A stretch of DNA of 64,000 nucleotides, taken from NCBI GenBank assembly GCA_963833985.1, contig CAWIAD010000002.1, positions 2,208,001 to 2,272,000 of the forward strand, read 5' to 3'. The stretch comes from an uncultured Planctomycetaceae bacterium. Its GTDB lineage: Bacteria; Planctomycetota; Planctomycetia; Isosphaerales; Isosphaeraceae. Below are positions 13,079 through 22,813 of this stretch, in pieces. Numbering within the stretch: position 1 is the stretch's first letter; each line of letters opens with the position of its first letter. A program made the position numbers and the translations under genes. Below the pieces are notes generated by a model. The model was given only the letters and a program-made list of their open reading frames with translations, was not told the origin of the DNA and did not search any database.

Positions 13079-14877
13079 ATGCCCCGATCCCGGAAGACTC
13101 TCGAACTCAAGCGCACAGTGCGGCTGGCCGCACTGGGTGCCGGCGTCGCGGTGAGCCTGGCTTTGCTGGCGGGTCTCTGCTTCTGGCTGGAGGACCACCT
13201 GCCTCGTACCGTGCTCTGGCGCCTCAAGCTCGCCGGCCTGCTTGCGCTCGAGCTCGGGTACGGCGTCCTGGTAGCGACCCTCTGTCTGGCGGCTCCGGTG
13301 CTGGCAGTCCTCCTCTACCGGGGACGCAAACAGCCGGGCCCGCGGCCGTCCTGGGCGCGCGTTCTGCTTCTGGCCGCGTCGTTACTGGTCTGTCTTGTCC
13401 TGGCGGAGGGGGCGTCGGCCGTCTGGTGGCAGCGCACGCACCAGAGGGCGGCCTTGCCGATTGGCGGGCTGAGGCGGCCGTACGGAACCAGGAAAGCGTT
13501 TCAGCTCCCCGCAGCGCCGGAACAGATTGCAATGCCGTTGAGCTTTCCTGACTCCACGAAGGACGTGGTGAACCTGGTCATGGTGGGTGAGTCGAGCGCG
13601 GAGGGTGTTCCGTATGACTGGTGGCTGTCCATCGCCACGATGGTCCGCTGGCAACTGGAGGAATTGTTTCCTGGCAGGAGATTCCAGTACCACCTCGTCG
13701 CAACCGCCGGTGATACGCTCGAGGCCCAGCACGCGCGGCTGGCGGAGCTGAAAGTCCGCCCGGACGTGCTCATCGTTTACGCGGGGCACAACGAATTCAC
13801 GGCTCGATTCCCCTGGTCACGCGAGATCAGCCACTATGATGACGGCAAGCTGCCGGGGCGCTCGAACTCATGGTTCAGCAGGCCGAGACGCGCTCGTCGT
13901 TCTGCCGGCTTGTTCGAGAGGGCATCGACAAGTGCCGGGTGGCGCTGCCGCCCCCGCCGGGAGCGAATCGCAGTCTGGTGGATGAGCCGGCCTTCAGCCC
14001 CGCGGAGCTGCACATCCTGCGGAACGACTTCGAGCGGCGCCTGGAGTCCATCGTGAGCTTTGCGCGGCGCGTCGGTGCCGTGCCCATCCTGATCTTGCCT
14101 CCGGGGAACGATTCCGGTTTTGATCCGAATCGCTCGTATCTCCCCTCGAAGACGACGCGGGCCGAGCGGGAGGCCTTCGCCGCACGCTTCCTGGCGGCTC
14201 GGAAGCTCGAGGAAAGCGATCCTGCCGGCAGCCTGACGCGTTATCAGGCCCTGATCGATGAGCAACCCGGATTCGCCGAGCTGCACTACCGGCTGGCGCG
14301 GCTGCATGAACGCTCCGGACACTGGGATCAAGCCTACCATGAAGACGTCGCGGCGCGTGACCTCGACGGACTTCCGGAGCGCTGCCCGACGCCATTTCAG
14401 GAAGCCTACCGCACGGTGGCCAGGCGGCATCACTGCGCGTTGATCGACGGGCAATCGTATTTCCATAAGATCGGATTCCACGGTCTCCTGGACGATCATC
14501 TGTTTCATGACGCGGTCCATCCCTCGCTGCGCGGTCAAATTGCCCTGGCTCAGGCTGTGCTCGTGGCCCTGCAAAAAAGCGAGGCGTTCCAGTGGCCGGA
14601 CGCGCGATCCGTGAGGGTCATCGATCCCGCGCAGTGCGCCAGGCACTTCGGACTGACCTCCTGGTCTTGGCAGAAGATCTGCAACTTTGGGATCATGTTT
14701 TATGATGTGACCTCCGGGGCGCGATACGACCCGGGCGAACGGCTGGCGAAGCGACAGGCATTCGGCGCTGCGCTCGAGCGAATCGCGGCCGGTGCGGATC
14801 CCGGGGCGGTCGGGCTGCCAAATATCGGCCTGCCCGAGCCGGTTCCCCTGGTGCCCGAAGACGTGGTGATTCCCTGA
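13079..14877 (+). CDS. Membrane-anchored SGNH/GDSL-like protein with TPR-like segment (frameshift in G run ~13855)
   Basis: Three N-terminal hydrophobic helices; VGESSAEG, YAGHNE and DAVHP SGNH-block motifs are split across two frames that join if one G is added. Confidence 0.65.
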
Positions 14878-14935
14878 GCGATCAGCGTGCAGACGTGCTC
14901 ATATCAGCGACAGTTCCCAACCCGATCAACCCACC

Positions 14936-16036
14936 ATGCAACAGCCTTCACTGACGGACTATGAGGCCGCACAGGTGACGCGGATTGCCGCCTGGAAGGC
15001 ACGCAAGCCCGGCGTGCTGCGGCGCTCGCTGGCAACCCTCAAGTGGCCGCTCACCCGCGTTTTCGAGACGCTGCTGCCCTCGAAACGGGCCCGTGGATTG
15101 TTCGAACGGGTGCACCGGGCGGCCGACTGGAAACACGGCCGCAGCTTGATCGAGCGCTCTCTGGGAATCGATCATGTCCACGAGCTTGGCGCCGGTCCGC
15201 TGGAACGCTGCGATGCCCTGGTCAAGAAGGTGACCGACCTCAGCCGCGAGATCATCACCTCGGAAAGCCTGCTGGCCAACGCCGGGGGGCTGGCCACGGA
15301 ACTCCTTCAGTTGCCGGCGGAAATCATGCTCGCCTTGCGTACCGTGCATCGCGTGGCGGCGTGCTACGGCTATGCGCTGGAGGGTCCTCTGGACGAGACG
15401 CTCGTGATCAGCATCATCGGTCTTTCTCTACAGGAGGATCCCGAGGAAAAGCAGCGAACCGCTCGATTCATCCGGGCACTACAGGACGGCAGCCTGGCTC
15501 AGCAGGACCAGCAGCGTGTCACCACCTCCGCGGAGACCCGGCTCGAGGATGAGGTGGGAGACGACCTCGTGCGGGACATCGCTTCCACGCTGGTGGAAGA
15601 GAAGGTCGAGGAGGGCATCCCGCTCCTGGGTGCGGCGATCGGCGTGGTCCTTGACAACGCGTTCATCATTGGCGTCGAGGAAGCCGCCCGATACACGTTC
15701 CAGGAGCGCTGGCTGCGCGACCATGGCAAGCTCGACGAGATTGCCCCGGCGCCGGCGGAGCAAGGAGACGGCAGCACGCTGGGTGAGAACCTGTCCCAGG
15801 CGGTATATTCCACGAGCTACGCCGTCAGCTATGGCGTCGTCTTTCCGGCCGCCTTCGTGAGCTCTGCCCTGACGAGCATCCTTCCCGGGTCCGCAACCAC
15901 CGGTTTCAGCGCAGGCGCCGTCACCGCGGCGCGGGATGCGGATCGGCTCATCGCGGGACTGCGCGGCGAACCGGACCCTGCCCAGGGAGGGGCTGGAGGA
16001 GAGGCTTCAGCTCGTGCTACCGCTCTGAAGGGATAA
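14936..16036 (+). CDS. EcsC family protein
   Basis: ALRTVHRVAACYGY and IPLLGAAIGVVLDNAFI...ARYTFQERWL pattern. Confidence 0.7.
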   Translation: MQQPSLTDYEAAQVTRIAAWKARKPGVLRRSLATLKWPLTRVFETLLPSKRARGLFERVHRAADWKHGRSLIERSLGIDHVHELGAGPLERCDALVKKVTDLSREIITSESLLANAGGLATELLQLPAEIMLALRTVHRVAACYGYALEGPLDETLVISIIGLSLQEDPEEKQRTARFIRALQDGSLAQQDQQRVTTSAETRLEDEVGDDLVRDIASTLVEEKVEEGIPLLGAAIGVVLDNAFIIGVEEAARYTFQERWLRDHGKLDEIAPAPAEQGDGSTLGENLSQAVYSTSYAVSYGVVFPAAFVSSALTSILPGSATTGFSAGAVTAARDADRLIAGLRGEPDPAQGGAGGEASARATALKG

Positions 16037-16559
16037 GGTCGCGGTAGTAGACCGTCGTGCTGCATGGGCCTCCCTGCGGCATGAGCGCGTACCCGGGGAT
16101 ATCGCCGACGCGTACCCATCCCAGGCGCTGGTAGAGCCGTCCGGCATCGCCGCCGGTCACCGCGTCGAGCACGAGCAAGGTTTTGCCACATTCTCGGGCC
16201 GCGGTCTCCGCGGCGCGCATCAGCGCCTCTCCCAGCCCTTGGCGGCGCGCCCGGCGATGCACCAGCATCTTCGCCACGTCAGCACGATGCGGCTGGTTCT
16301 CGGGCATGGCGAGCACCAGTTGCACGGTCCCGCAAACGCCCTGGGCGTCCTCGGCGGCCAGCAGCACGCGTTCACCCGCCGCCACGCCCTGCGCCACACG
16401 GTGCCAGAACGCCAGTGCGCGGTCGCGCGTCAACGGCTGCATGAAGCCCACCGACGCCCCACCTTCGACACAGTCGATCAGGACGTCCGCCAACCCGTCG
16501 ATCGCGGCATCATCCAGTTCGTGCAAGCGGTGCGGCGACCACGGCGTTCGGGTGCTCAT
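16017..16559 (-). CDS. GNAT family acetyltransferase (Ttr-like)
   Basis: DCVEGGASVGFM, NQPHRADVAKMLVHRRARRQGLG, LYQRLGW..VGDIPGYA. Confidence 0.88.
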   Translation of the reverse strand: MSTRTPWSPHRLHELDDAAIDGLADVLIDCVEGGASVGFMQPLTRDRALAFWHRVAQGVAAGERVLLAAEDAQGVCGTVQLVLAMPENQPHRADVAKMLVHRRARRQGLGEALMRAAETAARECGKTLLVLDAVTGGDAGRLYQRLGWVRVGDIPGYALMPQGGPCSTTVYYRDLIPSER

Positions 16560-16848
16560 AGGCTCATCCTCGGGTCCGGACACTGGCGAAGGACGAAGAC
16601 TCGAAGTTACGACGGATCGACCCGGAATGGGAAGGCTCATCCAGCGCAAGCACAGGCTGCTGCGATCTCGGAATGACGCGTGGTCAAGCCACCCGCCTTG
16701 GCTGGTTGCGACGGCGGCCTTGAAACGACAAAAAGCGTAACGGGCCCACAACCAGCAGAATGGAAAGCACTCGCGCGGTGCAGGAAACGCCGGCCGGCCA
16801 TGTCGCGGGTGCGCCGGGTTTTGCTCGCGGCAGGCACAAGTCGACAGG

Positions 16849-17211
16849 CTAAGACCGGCTGCGTCGTGGTCTCGGCTTCGAGGACCTGGACCTGTCATTC
16901 TTGCTGACGCGGAGGTTCCAGGCGATCTCCAGGCCCTTGAGCATCTGTTCCGCAGTTGCGTTGGCGAACCGGATGTGCGTGCATCCCATCCGCCCCCAGC
17001 CACCGGGGACCGGCAGGAAGACGTCGGGCGCGTCCGCGACGAGCGTCTGCTGCAACGCTGGCGAGAGCATCAGGTTGCCGAATCCCAGGTGCTGCATGGC
17101 AAGCGTCGCGAAGATGCGGCCGCCAACCCGGAAATCGGCCGCGCCGCCGTGCGACCCTTCCTCCGCGCCGTCAAAGCTGAGCGCCAGCTCACGGAAATCT
17201 TCGGCGTCCAT
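16849..17211 (-). CDS. MmcQ/YjbR family protein
   Basis: FRELALSF..AEEGSH..ADFRVGGRIFATL...GGWGRMG.THIR. Confidence 0.8.
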   Translation of the reverse strand: MDAEDFRELALSFDGAEEGSHGGAADFRVGGRIFATLAMQHLGFGNLMLSPALQQTLVADAPDVFLPVPGGWGRMGCTHIRFANATAEQMLKGLEIAWNLRVSKNDRSRSSKPRPRRSRS

Positions 17212-17775
17212 CACGACTGCCCCATTCGTGTGCGATTTTCCTCGAATCCCAGCCATTCCGGCAGACGGGTCGCCATCGTCCGCCGAGGCGCGACGCATCG
17301 CGAGAGCCAGTCGGCCTCAAGTTCGAGCGTCCGCCGAACCGTGGACGGAGGAGCCTCGGAGCATGACGACGGGCGAATTGTGTTTTAGTCTATGGGCCAC
17401 CCGGCGAAACGGACAACGCCATCGTACACTGAATCAGGAGGGCAGAAGGTGCTTCCGAGCAGCAATTCTTCTCGCCGTCAGCGGTTGCGCCGTCGAAGCC
17501 GCAGCGCGCGAGGGAGTGATGCGAATCGACGTCAGAAGAGACCGTTCAGGCCAATGAATCACCGAGGGTAACGTGCGAGGGATTCGTTCCTGTTTGGCGC
17601 TCTGGAATCCGTTTTCCGCGGCAGTACGGATCCCAGGCCGGAGTTCGGCACGGTCGGTTCCGCGGTCTGGGAGAGGACGATCGCGATCTGGTTCTCCTGT
17701 CTGTTTTACGAACACGCCTGCTGCCCCTATGATGTTTCGTAGCACGCAGAGCCTGGAACGCGGGGTGAATACGGG

Positions 17776-20673
17776 ATGAGCCGGTCTCGGTATATCGTCG
17801 GCATTGATCTGGGGACGACCAACTGCGCGGTGGCGTATGTTGACACCAAGGGGCGCGAGCGGCCGGCGGCGGAGATCCGCATGTTCGACGTTCCGCAACT
17901 GGTGGCGGCGGGCGAATCGGCACCGCGGAGCATGCTGCCGTCATTCCTTTACCTGGCCGGCGGGCCGGAGCTGCCGCCGGGTGCAGCGCGGCTGCCCTGG
18001 GGCGACGGCGGCAACCGGATCGTCGGCGAGTTCGCGCGGATCCAGGGCGCCCGCGTGCCCGGCCGCCTGGTGCACAGCGCCAAGAGCTGGCTCTGCCATC
18101 CGGGCGTGGACCGCGAGGCCGACATCCTCCCCTGGGCGCGGGGCCGGAGATCCAGCGCGTCTCGCCCGTCGAGGCGTCGGCGGCCTACCTGCGGCACATC
18201 CGCGACGCCTGGAACCACAGCTTTGCCCTGGACGACCCGGCGCGCCGCCTGGAACAGCAAGAGGTCATCCTCACCGTGCCGGCCTCGTTCGATGAAGCGG
18301 TGCGCGAGCTGACCATCCTGGCCGCGAAGCAGGCCGACCTGAATTCGATCACGCTGCTGGAGGAGCCGCAGGCGGCGTTCTACTGCTGGATCGTCTCGCA
18401 CCAGGACCGCTGGCAGCGCGAGGTGCGGGCCGGCGAGCTCATCCTCGTCTGCGATATCGGCGGCGGCACCACCGACTTCAGCCTGATCACCGTGGTCGAG
18501 ACCCTCACCGGGCCGGGATTCCGCCGCGTGGCCGTGGGCGATCATCTCATGCTCGGCGGCGATAATATCGACCTGGCACTGGCGCACCAGGTGGAGACAA
18601 AACTGGGTGGCGTGCGGCTCGATACCGAGCAGTGGAGTGCCTTGCGCTTCGCCTGCCGGACGGCCAAGGAGAAGCTGCTCGTCGCGCAGCAGCCACTGCT
18701 CGAGCGCTGGCCCGTCACGATCGCCGGGCGCGGGTCGCGGATCATCGGCGGCAGCATCCAGTCGGAGCTGACGCGGCAGGACGTGCAGTCGATCGCGCTG
18801 GACGGGTTCTTCCCCCGGATTGGCCGCAGCGAGGAGCCGCAGCGCGGGGCGAAAACGGGGTTCCAGGAGTTTGGCCTCCCGTTCGTGGCCGACCCGGCCG
18901 TGCCCAGGCACCTGGCCGCCTTCCTGCGCCGGCACCGCTCCGAGGCGATCGGCCAGGGAGGCCACCAGAGCAACGACCGGCCGGCCCGGCCCGACGCGAT
19001 CCTCTTCAACGGCGGTGCACTCACGCCGGAGAGCGTGCGCAACCGGATCGTCGAGGTGGTGGCCTCGTGGTTCGGCGACGATCCGGGTCCGGCGTACTCC
19101 CCGCGCGTGCTCTCGAATTTTTCGCTGGACCTGGCCGTGGCCCAGGGCGCCGCGTACTACGGCGTGGTGCGCAGGGGCGGGGGAATCCGCATTGGGGGCG
19201 GTACGGCGCGTTCGTTCTACGTGGGGCTGGAGACGGGACAGGACGCCAGGCCATGGATGTGCGTGGTACCGCGTGATGCCCAGGAGGGCGACGAGACCAC
19301 GATCGACGGCCACGATTTCGACCTGCTCATGGGCCAGCCGGTGCTCTTCCCGCTGGCCAGCAGCTCGGTGCGGCCCGACGATCGGCCCGGGGACCTGGTC
19401 GCCGCCGACCCGGATTCCATTCGCGAGCTGCCTCCCTTGCAGAGCCTCATGAGGGTGGGCCGCAAGGCCAGGGCGGAGCGCGTGCCGGTGAGCCTGGTGG
19501 CACGAGTGACCGAGGTGGGTACCATCGAGCTCTGGTGCCAGTCGCGTACCGACACCCGCCGCTGGCGCTTGCAAATCCAGCTTCGAGGGCCGTCCGCCCA
19601 ACCCCAGCCGCGGACGACTGTCGCCGGAGTGGAGACCGACCGGGTGATCATCGAGCAATCCGAGCTCGATACGGCCATCGCCGCGATCCGCGATGCGTTC
19701 GCCGCACCGGCCTCGGCGGCTGGGTCCGAGACCGGTCCGGCCCGATTGATCAAGCGGCTCGAAGAGCTGATCGACGTTCCGCGCGACCAGTGGCCGCCCG
19801 CAGCCCTGCGCGCCTGGTGGGAGCCCGTGCGCGACGCGGCCGACCAGCGGCTGAAGAGCCCGCAGCACGAATCGCGCTGGTTCAACCTGGCCGGCTTCGC
19901 CTTGCGGCCCGGCCGCGGCTTCCCGCTTGACGAGATCCGCCTCAAGGCGCTCTGGCCGGTGTTTCACCAGGGAGTGAAGCACACCAGGGACGTGCAGTGC
20001 TGGGCCGAGTGGTGGATCCTCTGGCGGCGCGTGGCGGCCGGCCTGAGCCGCCAGCATCACGACGAGATCCATCGTCGCCTCGCCCCGTTCGTGGTGCCGG
20101 CGAAAGGCACCAGCCCGTCGAAGAAAGCCGGCCGGCCCAAGCCCGAGCCGCACGAGCTTGCAGAAATGTGGCGCTGCGCCGCCAGCCTGGAGCGGCTGGC
20201 GCCGGAGGTCAAGGAGGGATTGGGCAGCTCGCTGGCCAAGGAGCTGTCCCGGCCTTCCATTCCGAACTATCTGCTCTGGTGCCTGGGCCGGCTGGGCGCC
20301 CGCGTGCCGCTCTATGGACTGGCCAACACCGTGGTCCGACGCGAGGCCGCCGAGCGCTGGGTCGACGCGCTCCTCTCCCGCACGTTCGCCCCTGGCCGTG
20401 AGACCAGCGACGCGATCTTCGCCCTCTCTCAGCTTGCCCGCTCTTCCGGCGACCGTGCCCGCGATCTGCCGGAGGAGCTGCGCCAGCCGCGTCTTGAGCC
20501 GTCTCGAAGCACTGGGCGCCGACGAGTCCATTCTCCGCCCCGTCCGCGAATACCACGAGCTGGAAGCCGCACAGGAGAGCATCGCCCTGGGCGACGCGCT
20601 GCCGATCGGGCTGCGGCTGCGGGAGGAAAGTCCGCAACTCTCGCCGGCTGCGGATGCAGAGCCAGGAAAGTAA
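17776..20673 (+). CDS. Hsp70-family protein with extended C-terminal (DUF3731-like) domain; frameshifts ~18135 and ~20488
   Basis: VGIDLGTTNC, TVPASFD, LLEEPQAA, CDIGGGTTDFS, LGGDNID. Three ORF pieces join through single-base indels. Confidence 0.85.
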
Positions 20674-20830
20674 GTCTGGCCGACCGGAGCCAGGCTGCGT
20701 ACGCCCTTGACGTAGTGAGTCCCGACACCTGAAACTTGGGGCAACTTCTAATCTTGCCCGTGACCACTATCAACGCGTCGTGTCGATCTGGAGAAGAAGC
20801 AACTCTCTCACTCACCGGGACGAAACGGCC

Positions 20831-21455
20831 ATGACGACGATCGCACACCCCCCAGCCACCTTGATGTTGCCGCCGGGATTGACGCCTTACCGTCTCAGCG
20901 TCGACCAGTACGAGGCAATGGCTGAGGCCGGGATTTTGACCGAGCGCGACCGGATCGAGCTGATTGAAGGGCTGCTGGTAAGGAAAATGACCAGGAAACC
21001 CGACCACTCCACGGGCTCGGAGAAGTGCCGTCGAAGAATCGATCAGGCGCTGCCGCCCGGCTGGCACACGCGCCAGCAACAACCCATCCGCATCCCTCTG
21101 CGCAACAGTGAGCCTGAACCCGACATCGCCGTGGCTCGGGGCGACCTTGACGATTACGACACCGAGCACCCTGGTCCCGCCGACATCGCCCTCGTCGTCG
21201 AGGTCGCCCACTTCGAGCCTCCTTGCCGACCGGGCCCTCGCGAGAACCTACGGCGGAGGTGGCATTCCCACCTACTGGATCGTCAACCCGATCGACCGGC
21301 AGCTCGAGGTCTACGCGAACCCGACCGGCGGCGGCTATCCCGATCCCACCATGCTCGCCGAATCCGCGGCCGTCGAGCTGATCGTTGCCGGTGAGGTTGT
21401 CGCCCAGATCCCCGTTGTCGATCTCCTTCCTCGTAAGCCGAAGAAAGCCCTCTGA
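20831..21455 (+). CDS. Uma2 (DUF820) family endonuclease-fold protein; frameshift ~21210
   Basis: RLSVDQYEAM..GIL...RIELIEG, SEPEPDIAV, LVVEVA and, in the shifted frame, YGGGGIPTYWIVN. Confidence 0.85.
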
Positions 21456-21489
21456 GCATGGCCGGAAATTCACGCCGCTTGCTGTGATC

Positions 21490-21527
21490 GGCCTTGCGAT
21501 AGCAAATGGACAAAAAACCAACGCTCC
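21490..21527 (+). repeat. Left terminal inverted repeat (38 bp)
   Basis: GGCCTTGCGATAGCAAATGGACAAAAAACCAACGCTCC, preceded by TGATC. Confidence 0.85.
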
Positions 21528-21542
21528 GTCTATCTAAATGGC

Positions 21543-21916
21543 TCATAATTTGATGGAACGCAGCAGGTTCTTGCCGGCCCATCGATCGACTGGCAACTGA
21601 TGCCGGCCGTCCGGATTGATATGCTCGTACCTCGCCGGGGAGAGGTGCGCCAGGTCCTCGGGATCGATCCGCTGCCCCTTGGCCCTCGATCGGTCGATCA
21701 CCGCCCCCATGTAGACCGTGTTCCAGACGATCACGGCGTTGGTCACCAGGTTCAGGCAGCTCGCCTGGTTCGGCTGGCGTCATCGGTGCACCAATTGACC
21801 TGGGCCTTGTCCGCCTTCGTGAGGGTGTAGAAGGTGACCAGGTCCTCCCGGGGGACCTGCGGTGGATATCCAGCCAGCCGTTTCCGTTCGGCTTCGTTGA
21901 AGATCTGCCCCGGCAT
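21543..21916 (-). pseudogene. tnpA: Tn3-family transposase with large internal deletion
   Basis: N-terminus MPGQIFNEAERKRLAGYPPQVPREDLVTFYTLTKAD is joined out of frame (~21775) to the conserved C-terminus NQASCLNLVTNAVIVWNTVYM...LAHLSPARYEHINP. Confidence 0.85.
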
Positions 21917-21935
21917 GAGCTGGCACCCCCCGCCG

Positions 21936-22463
21936 TCACCACTTCCGCTCGAACTCCTCCTGGATGTGGGAGTCGGTGAAGTTGAGGTAGATGGCGGTCG
22001 TCTGGAGCCGGTCGTGGCCGAGGATCTTCTGGACGGTGGCCAGGCTTATGCCTTTCTCCAGGGCAGTCGCGGCGAAGGTGTGGCGGAGGACGTGCGGGGT
22101 CACGTCCTTGGCGAGGCCCGCCCGGTTGGCGACCTCCTTGATCAGCCCCTGGGCCCGCCGCGGCCGGACGGGGAAGTCCTTGCGAAGGGTGAAGTGATGC
22201 TCCAGCAGGCCGCGTAAGCGGCCGGACATGGGCACGACGCGGACCTTGGACTTCTTGCCGTAGGGGCCGCCCTTGCCCCGGACCCTGAGCTGACGTTGCT
22301 GCCAGAGGACATCCTTGGTGGTCAGGGCGCACAGCTCGTTAACGCGGAGGCCAGTGTCGAGCAGGGTCCAGACGATGAGGTGCTCGGTGGGCGTCTCGCA
22401 GGCGTTGGCAAGGATGTCGGCCTCCTCGGCGGTGAGGGGCTGGCGGACGTACTGGTAGGGCAT
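21936..22463 (-). CDS. Minimal tyrosine recombinase (catalytic domain only), probable cointegrate resolvase
   Basis: TGLRVNE (R), GKG (K), HVLRH, LGH and TTAIY catalytic residues; 175 aa. Confidence 0.92.
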   Translation of the reverse strand: MPYQYVRQPLTAEEADILANACETPTEHLIVWTLLDTGLRVNELCALTTKDVLWQQRQLRVRGKGGPYGKKSKVRVVPMSGRLRGLLEHHFTLRKDFPVRPRRAQGLIKEVANRAGLAKDVTPHVLRHTFAATALEKGISLATVQKILGHDRLQTTAIYLNFTDSHIQEEFERKW

Positions 22464-22490
22464 TGCTCCCCCCGAACCGTGCGCTTATAG

Positions 22491-22523
22491 TCACGGAAAG
22501 CGCAAAGATTGCGCCTTCCGCGA
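22491..22523. promoter_or_regulatory. Palindrome upstream of the recombinase, candidate binding/resolution site
   Basis: TCACGGAAAGCGCAA-aga-TTGCGCCTTCCGCGA (15-bp arms, 2 mismatches); ATTGCGCCTT recurs at ~22620. Confidence 0.5.
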
Positions 22524-22813
22524 TTCAGCCTACTCCGGCTGCATGGGGCGGAAAAGGGGCAGATGCCTGAGAAATTTTGGCTCCGGGCATATCGGGCTCG
22601 ATGGGGCACGCGGGGCCCGATTGCGCCTTTTTACGCGGAACGCGCGCACCGGGACCCTTCAGAAAGCCATCGCCTTCCTCGTTACTCTTGCGGTTGGGGA
22701 TAATGTCCGGTGGGTGGAACCATGGCGGCTTCGACCCACAGATCCTTGGGAAAAGCGGGACCGGGACCGGGTCGCCACCGCGGGGCTCCTGATTATATCG
22801 GGGACTGAGAGCT

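Noticed and set aside
10349..14056. Apparent 1235-aa fusion of glycogen phosphorylase to a membrane SGNH protein
   Set aside because: The normal GlgP ending (EIW...CPVP*) is present in a shifted frame with a stop at 13016, and the next gene has its own ATG at 13079. The fusion results from one indel.
16017..16036. 3' overlaps of convergent genes (also 29322-29342 and 53658-53712)
   Set aside because: Short convergent overlaps are common in GC-rich genomes; no sign of a dedicated antisense system.
17949..20744. 931-aa antisense ORF (and similar long shadow ORFs, e.g. 51946-54015, 29430-31034, 45163-46572)
   Set aside because: These mirror real genes on the opposite strand; long stop-free antisense frames are expected at high GC and show no motifs.
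20831..21455. Uma2 nuclease as part of the transposon or a defence island
   Set aside because: It lies outside the left IR and target duplication; Uma2 paralogues are abundant and scattered in planctomycetes.
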